NCBI RefSeq assembly: GCF_009914755.1
Contig: NC_060935.1
Strand: one strand, 5' to 3'
DNA from: the human T2T-CHM13v2.0 reference genome, Homo sapiens
DNA length: 64,000 nucleotides
Shown here piece after piece: positions 1-17,915 of this stretch. The position numbers and the translations under genes are program-made. The first letter of the stretch is position 1. The number at the start of each line of letters is the position of its first letter. Under the pieces are notes generated by a model, which was not told the DNA's origin, made no database searches, and worked only from the letters and a program-made list of their open reading frames with translations.

Positions 1-257
1 GGCTGGAGTTCAGAGGCACAATCTTGGCTCACGCAACCTCCGCCTCCTGGGTTCAAGCAATTCTCCTGTCTCAGCCTCCCGAGTAGCTGGGATTATAGGC
101 ACCAACCACCTCGCCTGGCTAATTTTTTGTATTTTTAGTAGAGACAGGGTTTCACCATGTTTGTCAGGCTGGTCTCGAACTCCTGGCCTCAAGTGACCTG
201 CCCTCCTCAGCCTTCCAAAGTGCTAGGATTACAGGCATGAGCTACCACACCTGGCCT
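1..257 (-). mobile_element. Alu (AluS-type), cut by the window edge
   Basis: Reverse-complement Alu body ending in ccacacctggcc. Confidence 0.95.
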
Positions 258-1373
258 AACTTTGTAGTACTTTATAATTTCTTACAAATTTAAATCTTTA
301 TTCCATCTGGAAGTTCAAGGTAGGGACCAACTTTATTCATTTTCCAAATGACTAGCCTGTTGTCTGAATAATGTGTTTCTTTTCCCCACTTTATTATATA
401 ATCCAATCTCATTTGTATTTGGATCTGCTTCTGTTCTCACTATTTGGTTTTATTGATTATCTGTCCATTCCTGCAGCAGTATATCAGCAATAAATACTGC
501 AGTTTAAATAACTGGCAAAGCTCTCCCTAATATTCTTCTGTGTTAGAATTTTCTTGGCTATTCGGGCATATTTTTATTTTCCAGACAAATTTTAATATTT
601 TTTGCCAAGTTCCAAAAGAATTCCATTAGAATTTTGGAATTGTTATTGAGCTGTAAAAAATTTATAGATCAGTTTCAGAGAAAACTGACATATTTACAAT
701 GTGTGTCTTCCAAGCCAAGAATATGACATATCTTTTTATTTGTATGTGTTCTTTCTGGATGGACATTAATTCTGAGTGATATGAACTAGTTTCTTCTCCA
801 GAGACATTTTCGTTACCACTCCTCCTATGGGAAGGAGGTTCTACAAAATGTAATCATTTCATTTTGGGCCACCAACATGTCTTGACTGTCAGTATAAACA
901 TATGAGTGTATTGCTGAAAACTGTGGTGTGATGATTAACTCTCCAAGATCCCTATACAGGGATTGTCAGTTGAAAAAACTACGTGGAAACCTTAAAACAT
1001 CCAGAAACCACCAATATGTGTAATTTGCCTTTAAAGGATGTCATTTACTAAAAAACTGTCATTATTCCTAAGCAGGAATGGGGGCTGTAATGTTATGTTG
1101 GCCACATATTTGTGGCACATCTGAGAACTGTTTGTATAAATGCACTGGCTAGAAGCCCCATTCGCTGGTCCAAAACCCATTCTAACACTGACAACACAAT
1201 AAAGAAGAATGGCACATGCCAAGTTATTTGACAAAACTTACCAAGGAGGTCACTGTGCTGGCTTTCCTTTTCTGTTGTGTACCCAGTGCCTAATACAAAT
1301 CCTTGCATAGAGTTTGTGCTTAACTATTGAAGGAATGAATGGAGTCAGCAACAAGGATTAATATGCATGCTTT

Positions 1374-1500
1374 TTTTTTTTTTGAGATGTGAGTCTTGCT
1401 GTGTTGCCCAGGCTAGTCTCAAACTCCTGGGCTCAAGCAATCCTCCTGCCTCAGCCTCCCAAGTAGCTGGGACTACAGGTGCGTGCCACTGCACCTGGCT
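1374..1500 (-). mobile_element. Alu monomer (FLAM-like)
   Basis: Poly-T plus a single Alu arm; TSD atatgcatgcttt at 1361-1373 and 1501-1513. Confidence 0.9.
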
Positions 1501-1926
1501 ATATGCATGCTTTCTAGGGTAAAAAATTGAAGAGTGTAATTTGCTGCCATCCTAACTTATTACCGTCACCCTCTGGCATCATGGCAGTACTAAAAACTTC
1601 TAGATTGGCAGCTGGGACTGTTAAGCTCTCCTACCCTTGATTCACCAAATAACCATCTCCACGGTCAGCCTTTGTAGCTTGGTCAGTTCCTCCTAGCCCA
1701 CCTTCCATTCCAGTAGTGGATGATCCCAAAGAGTAGGACTCCATTTTTCTTCCCACCAGCCACCTATTGCCAAAGATCCTTTGTGCCTTTACCCAGCCAA
1801 GTCACAAAACATTGAATAACCACACTGACATTTTGTTGTTGGCACTGGAATCAGAGACTACCATGTTATAATCTGAGATTTGGAATGATCACTCTAATGA
1901 CAGATTTTGTCTGATCTCCTTCTCAG

Positions 1927-2080
1927 GGTGGTTGGGCTGGTGGGCTACAGTGAGTCTATCACGGCCAGACTGGGGCAGTGAAAATACTTGTTACCCACAG
2001 TTGCAGATATGAAGAATTTATGAACGAGAATGTTAGATCAGAGAGAATGCACAGAGTAAAAAAGAAGCATGTCCACCCAG
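1927..2080 (+). other. Candidate non-coding exon
   Basis: Branch-like ctctaat, pyrimidine tract ending ctcag at 1926, donor CAG|gtaatc at 2080/2081; stops in all three frames. Confidence 0.3.
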
Positions 2081-2338
2081 GTAATCACAGAAAGAAGAGT
2101 CTCTAACCAGTATCAGGAGCTGGAATAGAAAGCCAAGGGATTGAAGACCAGAGAATATTGAATAGAGCCAAAATAGCTGCAGCCAAAAGCTGAGCTTTTA
2201 TATATTATCATAGATCCATGACATGGGCAGCCTGAATTTATTTAAATGTCCTAGGATGTCCAGACATAATGGAGAATGAGGTAGGTATAAGTGTTAGGAG
2301 GCTATTGCACCTAAGTGAGAATTATTAAAAGAGTAGGG

Positions 2339-2970
<632 letters not shown>

Positions 2971-3273
2971 AAGAGTAAAAAGCGTAGCAGTTGCCGTGGG
3001 ACCAGAGAGACCAGAAACATTCCAAAGCAATTTCAGAAATATAATTAATAGGAATGATGCCTGCATAGCCAAAAGTCATGAATTCTAGTTAGTTGAGGCA
3101 AAGAAGGTACAGATAAAAAAATTCAAATGTTAAGATCCAGTCTTTAAATATTGTGAAAATTTGGGATAGTACAATAATTACTTTCATGGATTATTTTAAA
3201 CATTGTTTAAAATGCATTGTAGTTATTGTCCATGACAACTTTGTAAGATATCCTTTAGAATTACCTCCATTTT

Positions 3274-3583
3274 AACCAGGTGCGGTGGCTCACACCTGTA
3301 ATCCCAGCACTTTGGGAGGCCGAGGCATGAAGATTGCTTGAGCTCAGGAGTTCGAGATTGGCCTGGGAAACTTTGCAAGACCTGTCTCTACTGAAAACGA
3401 AAAAACAAAAAAAACAGCCAGGCATGCTAGCACATGCCTGTAGTCCCAGCTACTTGGGAGGCTGAGGTGGGAGGATCGCTTGAGCCTGGGAGATTGAGGC
3501 CACATTGAACTGTCATCACCACCACTGCACTCCAACCTGGGTGACAGAGTGGGATCCTGTCTCAAACAAGCAAACAAAAAATA
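3274..3583 (+). mobile_element. AluJ-type element
   Basis: Full dimer; TSD agaattacctccatttt at 3257-3273 and 3584-3600. Confidence 0.95.
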
Positions 3584-3683
3584 AGAATTACCTCCATTTT
3601 AACAACCCTGAGAGTGATTTACCCAGGGTCACATAGCAGCTTGGAGGCATGGCTGTGTAAAAGAAGTTGGGGCTTTTAATCTC

Positions 3684-4557
<874 letters not shown>

Positions 4558-4774
4558 TTAGCATTTAAACGTGACTTCTGAGACTAAAGTGAAAGAGATT
4601 TGTCAGTTATCAATATGTTCTGATATTTTTCTGATATAGATAGTTTGATAAATAGATAAATGTATAAATATTGTTCAAGTGCTTTTGGAGCTAGTGAGTT
4701 GGCTGCATTGTTATGTCTGTTTCGGGAACTCTAGAATGATATGTAAAACCCTCTTCCCTCCCTTCTTTACTTTC

Positions 4775-4832
4775 TTCCTTCCTTCCTTCCTTCCTTCCTT
4801 CCTTCCTTCCTTCCTTCCTTCCTTCCTTCCTT
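4775..4832. repeat. (CCTT)n microsatellite
   Basis: Directly visible. Confidence 0.95.
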
Positions 4833-5635
4833 TTATCCACATTTTTTTCAGCAAACATTTAAGAGTGCTAACGATGTGTCAGCTTATGCTTGGCTCCAAG
4901 AGATTCAAAAATAAAAATGTCAAGGTCTCCTAATCTCTAGGATAGGGAGAGTCAAATTTGCATGAGGACTTTTGAGAAAAATCAAGGATGCCTGAGGGGA
5001 TTTGAGTCCTACAGGCTCAGCACTTATGAAAAAGGATAAAGTCCTTCCCAGCCTGGCAGGAGAAGGAAAAGCCTGTGGTGGGGGAAGGGAGTGAAGGCGT
5101 GTGCCTCCTCATGGAACACAGGGTCGGAGTCGGCTAGGAGGGATAAGAGTACAATAGAGGGTTGTGTGACACAGACAGGCTGCCAGCCCTCAGCATGGAC
5201 CCGGCACATGGAATCTGTGATCTTAAAAGAGTCAAGTGACTACCTTTGGCAACCAAAAGAGACACTGCCTTTTAGAAGGCATATCATCTGAAACTGGCTG
5301 AAAGAGCTGTCTTACTTAGGAAGAAAAATCTCTCCTTTGGAAAGAGCTGGAACTTTTAGTAAAACTGAACAGTGAGGTGGCGGAAGGTGAGTTAATGTAG
5401 TGCTGGGTAGGGAGGTCGTGTGGGCAGGTGTAAAGAGCAGAGCCAGAAGACGTGGGTTTCAATTTTGCCTCCACATACTAGCTGAGCAGTCTTGAGCAAA
5501 TAATTGCTATAATTGTTTCTGGGCTGTAAAATACCAAGTGAGAACAATGACTGGTCTCATTTATAGAATTATATGAATTACTTTTTAATTCTCATAACCA
5601 ACTTATGAAATAATTCTCATTACTATTCCCTTTAT

Positions 5636-5951
<316 letters not shown>

Positions 5952-6196
5952 TGAGGACACTGAGGCTTCAGGAGGTTGAATATATTTTCAAAATTTACAT
6001 AGCTAGTAAATGGCAGAGCTAGAATTGAACCCATGTTTGTTTGATTTTAAACACTGTGTTCTTTGCCATTTACATTCTTCTGCCCCGCTTCTAAGGATCT
6101 GTATTAGGGACTAAATTAAACCAAGTTATACTAAAATGTTGGTAATTAATTTGACTATTAAATGCCTAATTGTTCTAGTACTTAATCTTAGTTTCA

Positions 6197-6508
<312 letters not shown>

Positions 6509-7773
6509 TTAAAGAATAGATATGAGTGTGTATATTATTTTTTCAAGTGTTATTACTTTTTAATTTAAAAAGTTTTTCCTTTATTTTTACATTTTTGTTG
6601 TGTAATTCCTTTTTGAGGAAAGAAAAACCTTTTGAAAGTTATAAAAATGGTTAGAATGATTAGTGTAATCTTGTCAGGGCAGTATACACCTCAATTAACT
6701 AAGCTTATCCACAAATGGCCATTATTTTCTTGCTTCAGCAGTGACGTAGGAAAGGTCTGTATGCCTGGGAATGTGGAGATCTAGGTTTTAATCTAAGATC
6801 TGAGTTCATTGTCCTGTATTTATCTAAGGCCAGTCACCCTCTTTCGGCTGCTATTGCTTCATGTTTAAAACAAGGGGATTAGATGAAATGATTGGCAAAG
6901 TCCCTTGCAGCATTAATAGCCTATGAGTCTATAAAATTTTAGAAACAGACATAATTCAGAAGGATATAATTTTAAATCAATTTGTGTCACAACAGTAATA
7001 ATAAACGTAGTGGCTCTAAGCAAGTAACAGACTGAGAGAAAGAAACTATGAATTAGATAAGTTTGACTAGATAAGGTCTAAGTTCTTTCCAACTTTGAAA
7101 TCCATGATCACATATTACAACACTGTAATTTTATAGTAGTTTGTAGGGTTTCAAAGAACTTTCATTCGATTTATCCTCTCTGATCCTCACAGGGACAATA
7201 TGAAGCGGTGAGAAGAGTTGTTTTATCCACACTCTACAAATGAAGGAACTAAAGATTAAGTGGGTGGCATTGGGTCACTTGGCTAGTTGGGGACACAGCT
7301 GGGACAGCAAGGCTTTCTGACTCACACCCTGCCCTCTATGCCATAGCATTCCTGGGCTCAATAAACAGTAACTGTGAAAGAAGGTCGCCTCACACAAAAC
7401 TACATTTTATTCTAGTTTGACAGATGAGTAATCCTCAGTGATAAATTCCTTTTCTGAAAAGTCTCAAAGTCCCTTGGGCAGTTTTGAGTCATTTGTAATG
7501 TCAAAAAGTTTAGGACAGACAGTATTTGCAACTTTCCTCAAATCCAAAAATCAGAAAAGCTGGGGAGAGGTTTTTACTTTTTCTTTCTTTCTCTTTTTTC
7601 TTTTTTTTTTGTAGACTAAGTCACAAGAAGGAAGGGTTTTACTTTTTCTTTTCAACTTAAAAAAGAGAGTAATTAATATCCTAAATTCTCTTTGTCCTAA
7701 GACACCTTTCCTAAGAACCATGAGCTTTTAGCTAAGTATGGAGGACGTTTAGTAGCCATGACTAAGCAACTCA

Positions 7774-8145
<372 letters not shown>

Positions 8146-8571
8146 TCAATGAAAATATTTATTTAAATACTGTATACAAATCTATATATACTTAAATATA
8201 ATATAAATTTATACGTAAATATATATTATTGTTGTTATTTTATGTTATTTTATAGAAGTTATACATGCACATAATAAGAAAAAATCTTATCAGTAGAAAA
8301 AGAAGGGTGTAAAATGAATATGACCTCCATCCATTCCAGCCTAGGCCCATGCTCTAGAAACAAGCACTGTCATCGGCTATTGTTAGATGGTGTGGCGGTT
8401 GCCATTATAATTTAAAATTCCATGCTTACAGCTCTGTTTTTCCCTTTGTCAACTTTAGAAAGTACCTACTGACTTCAAAAAAGATGGGAAATTTCTTGTG
8501 TTTACACTTCCTCCCAATCTTTCTGTTCTTCTCCATCTCCAATTTGTGTTAGTTGTATTATAAAATTTTTA

Positions 8572-8882
8572 ATTTTTTTTCTTTTTTTTTTTTTTTGAGA
8601 CAGAGTCTCTCTCTGTCACCCAGGCTGGAGTGCAATGGCATGATTTCAGCTCACTGCAAACTCCTCCTCTCTCTCCTGGGTTCAAGTAATTCTCCTGCCT
8701 CAGCCTCCTGAGTAGCTGGGATTACAGGAGCGCGCCACTATGCCCGGCTAATTTTTGTATTTTTAGTAGAGACGGAGTTTCACCATGTTGGTCAGGCTGG
8801 TCTCGAACCCCTGACCTCGTGATCCGCCCACCTGGGCCTCCCAAAGTGCTGGGATTACAGGCGTGAGCCACCACGCCCAGCC
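8572..8882 (-). mobile_element. AluS-type element
   Basis: Poly-T followed by a reverse Alu dimer. Confidence 0.95.
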
Positions 8883-9018
8883 CTAATTTTTCTAAAAATT
8901 ATATTTAAAATTATTATTTATAACTTTAAATAATGTACCTAAACTTCCATTTCTAAATTTATTTATTTAGACAGAGTCTTTTGATTCCCATTTATATAAG
9001 AGAGTCCACCTCTCAATT

Positions 9019-9040
9019 GTGTGTGTGTGTGTGTGTGTGT
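9019..9040. repeat. (GT)n microsatellite
   Basis: Directly visible. Confidence 0.9.
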
Positions 9041-9213
9041 ATATTCATGGTTTACTATGTTTACATTCTGCTCTGTAATTATAATTAAGTCTTCTGAGGA
9101 TTAAAAATGAGAATCCTGAGTGGAAGTGATCCTTCACTCAGCACAGCGGTAGGCACATAGGTTTTCTATAATTGACTCGTATGGATAAACCCCATGTGGA
9201 AGAAAAAATAATC

Positions 9214-9512
<299 letters not shown>

Positions 9513-9563
9513 AAAGTAATCTTATTTAATGGAAATTTTCCAGCTCAGATGAGATTCTTCTAA

Positions 9564-9632
9564 GCTTCAAGGTCTAATGGATCCTTGCTTCAAGGTCTAA
9601 TGGATCCTTCCTTCAAGGTCTAATGGGTCCTT
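9564..9632. repeat. 23-bp tandem repeat, three copies, followed by a CT-rich tract to ~9800
   Basis: Unit (g/c)cttcaaggtctaatgg(a/g)tcctt at 9564, 9587 and 9610. Confidence 0.9.
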
Positions 9633-10317
9633 CCTTCCTTCTCTCCCTCTCTTCCTCCCTTTGAAGCTTCCTTTCTTTCTTTCCTCCTATTTTCCTTCTC
9701 TCCTCCTTCCCTCCCTCCTTTCCTCCCTCCTATTTTCCTTCCCTCCTCCCTCCTACTTTCCTTCCCTCCCTCCCTCCCTCCTACTTTCCTTCTTTGTCTT
9801 CTTTTCTGGTTTTCTCCATTTCCTGCGGGTTACATTCAAATGGTATGTTTCTTGTTTTCTTTCTTGGATGGCTTTTAATTTGCTAGTTTTGAACTGGACT
9901 CAAGCAATCCTCATGCCTCAACCTCCCAAGTTGCTGGGACTGCAGGTGCACCACCATGCCTGGCTTGTATTTTGTTGGAATACTTTGAATTTTTGTTTTG
10001 ATTTGTATAAGAAGTAATATTCCGGAATTCCTGTCAGTTTAAATATGTCTTTATTTAGCCCTTACATTTGATTGATAGTTGGACCAGGCTTAGATTTCCA
10101 AGATTTATTTTTTTCCCTTCAAAACTTTGAAGGCTGTCTGCCAACAGAATGTAAGATTCATGAAGGCAAGATTTTTGTCTGTTTGATTCACTGATCACTG
10201 ATGTCTCCCAAAGATATAGAACAATGTGTAGCACACGATACACTCAATATATATTAGTTTTATTAATTAATTATCTTCCAGTGATTAGTATTGCTGAAAA
10301 GAAATTGGATGACAATC

Positions 10318-11126
10318 CAGTTTCTAATTGGCATGTGTAGGCTGCTCTGTGACTGAAGAATTTTCAAATCAGCTTTATACCCTTCAGGAAAAATCCCTTG
10401 TGATTGGATGTTTAGTATCTGCCAGAAAACTGGTACTCAAGATGTTGAAGCTACAGTTATTTTATGATAGCACACTTCCCTTGATCTGCTTATTTTTATT
10501 CCATCACCATTTACCCCTTTTTTAAAATTTTGTAGCCATTCTTATGATGCTCTTGATTTGTTGGTTACAAAAATCAATTTTATTAAAATCCAAAGATTAC
10601 AAGTCTTTAGGTATATTTTGTACCAAATTAAATTAGAAGACAAAAATTACGCTTTCATAGTTGCTACAAAGGTAAATAATGGAGAGATTTGGTACAAAGC
10701 AACAATATATATATATAGAGAGCTAATAAAATTACCTGAGGAGTGTAATGTTTGTTTTTTTTTTTGTGTATATCTTTGAAATCTATTTTATATATAGACA
10801 AAAGAGACTGTGAAATATTTAAGCAATGCAGAATACGTGACCAGACCAGAGCATGTGTAGGAAGACTTTTTGGTGATCATTAACTCTACCCTGAAATGAT
10901 GGACTACAAGTTATAATGTGTGTTACCTACACTTCAATCAGTAATATTAGCAAATCTCCAAATGTTAGTCACATTGGTTTGTCTCCCTTGTACATTCTTT
11001 ATTCATGATATTACAGTGCTGTAACTGGGTGGTCCTTTTTAAACAAAACATTATTTGCAAAACAGAGGGTATTATTTGTTTTTAAAGGTTTTGTGAATAA
11101 AGACTTCAAAATATTTTCTTATAAAA
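10318..11126 (+). pseudogene. Processed retrocopy of an mRNA 3' end (3' UTR only; parent gene not identified)
   Basis: Perfect 21-bp TSD aaaagaaattggatgacaatc at 10297-10317 and 11127-11147; AATAAA at 11096-11101 about 21 nt before a short A tract; AU-rich non-repeat body. Confidence 0.85.
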
Positions 11127-11188
11127 AAAAGAAATTGGATGACAATCTTATTATTGTTTTCTTTCTTTTTTTTTTTTTTACCTTCTAG

Positions 11189-11838
<650 letters not shown>

Positions 11839-11856
11839 TTACCAGGATATCTTTAG

Positions 11857-11859
<3 letters not shown>

Positions 11860-11899
<40 letters not shown>

Positions 11900-11910
11900 T
11901 GATGTGTATG
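11860..11910. repeat. (GT)n microsatellite
   Basis: Directly visible. Confidence 0.9.
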
Positions 11911-11944
11911 CATATTTTTCCTCCCCTTGCTTAAAAATTGGTGA

Positions 11945-12263
<319 letters not shown>

Positions 12264-14174
12264 TAAAAACTCTTTAGCACAGGAAAATTTTATTTTCTGG
12301 ATTATTTATTTTTCTCCACAGTCCTAAATACATTCTAAAACCACATTTTTATAGGTATTAGATTTCTCAGAGTTAACTTCTACATATTTTAATTTTCTCT
12401 CATATTTTCTGTCATTTTACTTTATCTTTCAGGTAATCAAATTGATCTTCGGTTGTGTCTGTATTATTGTTTAGTCATCCCTTTGAAACGTTTATTTTTA
12501 GTTCCTAATAACTCTTTTGTGTTCTCTGATTGCTACTTGTCATAGCAAACTGTAATTAAGATTGTAGTACGCTATAAATTCCTGATTATCCTAATTAGCA
12601 TTGTTACTAGTATTGTTTTAAATACTAATTTTATTAATTTGCTAATTTAGGTGTTTGGAATATGATTGATTTCGTGTGTGTGTTAATTAGGTTTTTTTTT
12701 TTTTTTAATTATTTTCCCCTGCTTGGATTATCTTTTTCCTTTGGGTCAGTTGTTTTGTTTTCTAAAGCTTTCACTTTTGTATTGTTTTTCCTGAGAAGTG
12801 TGGTGTTCTCTATTGTCTATTCATTTGAATGAATTCAGAACCAAACAAATGCCTTAATTTAGCACAACCAGCTTGTGTGGGTTTCCTCTTCAATTGTTTA
12901 GGTTTGTTTCTCCAGGAAGGTTTTCCCTGAATAGAATGACTGGCACGAGTTCTGTGTAAGTAGGCAGGACTTTTGGACAGGAAGGCTTCCCTGTAGGTTT
13001 CCTGTGGGCAGAGTAGGCAAGAAGGCTGGGGAACCTGAGCTTCCCCAGGAGGAGGTAGAGACGCATTTTGAGTTTGATTGTTTCCCCTCTGAGTTTATAA
13101 ATGTAGAGATTCAAAGTTTCTTCAGTTATCTCCTTTTAAGCTACAAGACCCTCCGGAGGAACACTCTCTCTGCCCTTTCTTTCTAAAAAGCAGTGCCCTG
13201 GCTTGTAGCCCGAGGCCAAAAGTCTCAGCTGCCTAGCTTTGTTTACACAGGTCACAGGAAAGGGGCCCAGCTGTCCCAAGGCACTGAATCCAGTTCTTTA
13301 ATGAGGCCACTGTTGATTGCCCGCACGGCCCATCATTGTATTGTTGACCAAGTGAGGAGTTTCTCTGGGCCCCCTTGGGAAGACACATACTTATTTCCTG
13401 TGCCCTGGCCTGCAGTTTCTCATCAGTTCATCCATCTGCTTTGTATCTTTTAGAAATTTCCCAAAACTCTTGTGTGCTGATGACACTCTTTCTTGTTTCC
13501 TATTGCTGTTATTCACTCATTTTCTTTAAAGAATATTTTCTGTCACTTTTATGGGAATGTGGAAGATAGAAGAGGTAAATACATGTGCTCATCCACCATT
13601 TTGTGTACAAGCGCACACACACAGTACACATACATGCACAAGCACACGCACACACACACGCAATACACATACACGTGAAAAGCAAATACAGTAATGCATC
13701 CAGTTAATCCTTTGGGGGAAAGGCAGATTCCTATTAATATAAATTATCAGAATACAATCACTAGATCTCTCAGTTGGTTCCAATGTTTTGCCCAGGTTAT
13801 GCTTATTTTAAAAATTAATACTCAGCAATGTGTCAGAAATTACAGCTATGAAGTCTGAAAGTAAAAAAAATTACAGTGTCATTTTAGAATTATTTTACAA
13901 AATTATCTGTACCTGAAAAGGAAGACATGGTCACTGTTGCTAGTGTCTTCCCAGTCCCTTTACCTTGGGATTTTGACTTGAGTACCTCGGTTCCTCAGTG
14001 AATATGAGGGGCAGCTTGCCAAGGCATTGTTTTAGGCACAATTTTGTAAGAAGTGCTGCTGTTCAACTCTTATATCCTCTGGACACATAAATGCCATTTG
14101 GAGTCTCCTAATTCAAATTCCCATCCTTACAAATTCCTTAAAGAAGTGTTTAACTTAAGACAAAAACAACCACA

Positions 14175-14520
14175 GGCCAGGTGTGGTGGCTCACGCCTGA
14201 AATCCCAGCATTTTGGAAAGCCAAGCCATGAGGATTGCTTGAGTCCAGGAGTTTAAGACCAGCCTAGGCAACATAGTGAGATCCCATCTCTAAAAAAAAA
14301 AAAAAAAAAAACCCAAAATTAGCCAGGTGTGGTAGTGCATGGCTGCTGCAGTCCCAGCTACTCAGGAGGCTGAGGTGGGAGGATTTTTGAGCCCAGGAGG
14401 TCAAGGCTGCAGTGAGCCAAGATGGCGACACTGCACACTGGCCTGGGCAACAGAGCGAGACCTTGTCTCAAAAAGGAAAAAAACAAAAACAAAAACAAAA
14501 CAAACAAGAACAAAAAAACA
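14175..14520 (+). mobile_element. AluJ-type element with a long mid A-tract and (CAAAA)n tail
   Basis: Alu dimer. Confidence 0.9.
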
Positions 14521-14569
14521 CAAACATTTTGATTGTAAGAAACAGAACCCAAAATGTGAAATGAGCAAG

Positions 14570-14810
14570 GTGCTCAAAGCTAGGAAATCTGAGGCCAGAT
14601 CTGAGTTCTACTACTCACTAACCTTGTGGTCTTGGGAAAAGGATTTACGTTTTCTAAACCTCCATTTTCTGAATTTTAAATTGAAGATAATAATAGTACC
14701 TACTTCATAGGATGGTTTTGAATATTAAGATAGTATACATAAGTCCCTTAGCACATTACCTGACACATAGTATGGGCCTCATTAGATATTAGCATTATCA
14801 TTAATATCTG
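14570..14810 (+). mobile_element. MIR
   Basis: Core gataataatagtacctacttcataggatggttttgaatattaa. Confidence 0.7.
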
Positions 14811-14884
14811 CAAATAATTCATATTTATATTACAGAGCAGTTATGGAATAAATATTCAATTCCTTCTTATTTTTATATTCATAA

Positions 14885-15237
<353 letters not shown>

Positions 15238-15301
15238 TGTTCTTTTTTTTTAGATAGTAAAATACACAAGACATAAAATTTACCATGTTAACTCTTTTTA
15301 A

Positions 15302-15599
<298 letters not shown>

Positions 15600-15722
15600 T
15601 TCTTTTTTAAGACTGAAGAATATTCCACTGCATGTGTACACCATGTTTTGTTTATCCACTTATCTGTCCATAGGCACTTGGGGTGCTTCAGCTCTTGGCC
15701 GTTATGAATAAGGCTGTTATGA

Positions 15723-16058
<336 letters not shown>

Positions 16059-16226
16059 CCTGTTTCCATTTTTTGGGGTGTACACCCAGAGGGGGAATTG
16101 TTGCATCACAGGGCACTGGCATTTAAATTCTCACTCTTCTCATTTGGTGTCTCACACCAGTTTGCATTCCTGTTTGAGCGAATTTGTAAATCACATACCA
16201 TATTTGTTTTCTTCTCTGTTTCACAG

Positions 16227-16400
16227 ATAAATATGCTGAGGCATGTTTTCAAGGAGGGGAGAGAGATTCCTTTTCCTCAGCCGGGCACAGAGCCAACCTG
16301 AAGTGTAGCACTGTGGTGACCTGGCGGGATCTGCTCTCCAGTCACTCCCGAGGGCCCTTCTGGGGACAAGGAGACTTTTCTGTGCGGCCTGTTGATTTGA
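16227..16400 (+). other. Candidate 174-nt exon of a host transcript
   Basis: Strong acceptor ttgttttcttctctgtttcacag at 16226; donor TGA|gtaggt at 16400/16401 (alternative TAG|gtatag at 16404); GC/CpG-richer unique sequence. Confidence 0.55.
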
Positions 16401-17088
16401 GTAGGTATAGCCTTTCTGCTAGCCACCAGACACAGCTCTGTAAGAATTTACTCTCAACTATCCCATGAATAAGAAAACACTTAGGGAGGCTTTTACCTAT
16501 CCATGAATAGTTACTTCTGTTCAACAGTCCTACAAATGTTTTCGAATGCCTGAAGTGTGCCAGACATGTACTAGGCAACAGGGTTAGAAAAGTGTGGGAA
16601 GCTTGGTCCCTGGCCTGGAGAACTTTAGTTCAGTGGGGAGCTTACAGATATTCCCCCCATACCCTTTCAGAGCATGGATTTTTACAAAGTTGTCAAAGAG
16701 TATTTTGGTGTGCTTTGGCAATGGTGGATCTAGTGTTGTGGGCCTTCTAAAAATATGAAATGATGAATTCACAATTAGTTATAAGGTTTTGAAAGGGATT
16801 AATACAAATGGGTGGGGTGGGGTGGGATGGGAGGAAGGTCCTGAAATGGGTTTTATTAACTTGGTAGTAAATAATTTCTGGATTTGAGGAGTATTAAAAG
16901 GATCCTTCACTCCCAAACCTCTCCCTCGATAGTCATATAATGAGATGCCTAAAGTTTCTGTCATTATTTTCATTCCACAGTTAAGAAATCAAAGGGGTTG
17001 GTGATATTAGAAATACTTGAGAGCCAGATAAGACTGAAGCCCATACCACCTTCAATTATCCAGGGCTTAAGAAGCCTTTAATGGGTCA

Positions 17089-17352
<264 letters not shown>

Positions 17353-17915
17353 CTATTAATTGTTCTACTTCCCAGAGACAAACATTGCCAACATGTTGGT
17401 GAATATCCTTCCAGTCTGTTTTATATCCCTTGAATTGTAACTTGTTTTCTCTCATTTTCAATAACAATAGTCAGGAACATTTCTGGGCCATGCATTTTAT
17501 AAATGTAGGTTCTAATATTTAAACATTTTTTTTCCTATGAAAAGGAAAAATAAGACAACCAAATACTATTGTTGAACTGATTCTAAAGGCTAGTCAGGTG
17601 GCTATTATAAAAAATAAATATGTAATTACTGCCACCTAAAGGAAAATTGTTAAACATACTGAAAAGATATTTTAAGATTATGTTTGATATATGAAGCTAT
17701 TAAGGGGGCTAATTTTGTGTTTTTAAAAATTTTTCGTTCTTTTAACAGGTTGCTTTTATCCTTCGTTTGAAAAATTATTCATTTGAATCAATAATTACTA
17801 TATTATTCATGAATAATATTAATAGTGAATATTCATGTATTTATTATATAAGTAATATATTCACTAGCATAAAATTTTTAAGTGACAAAATTATATACAG
17901 TGAAGAGTAGGTCCC

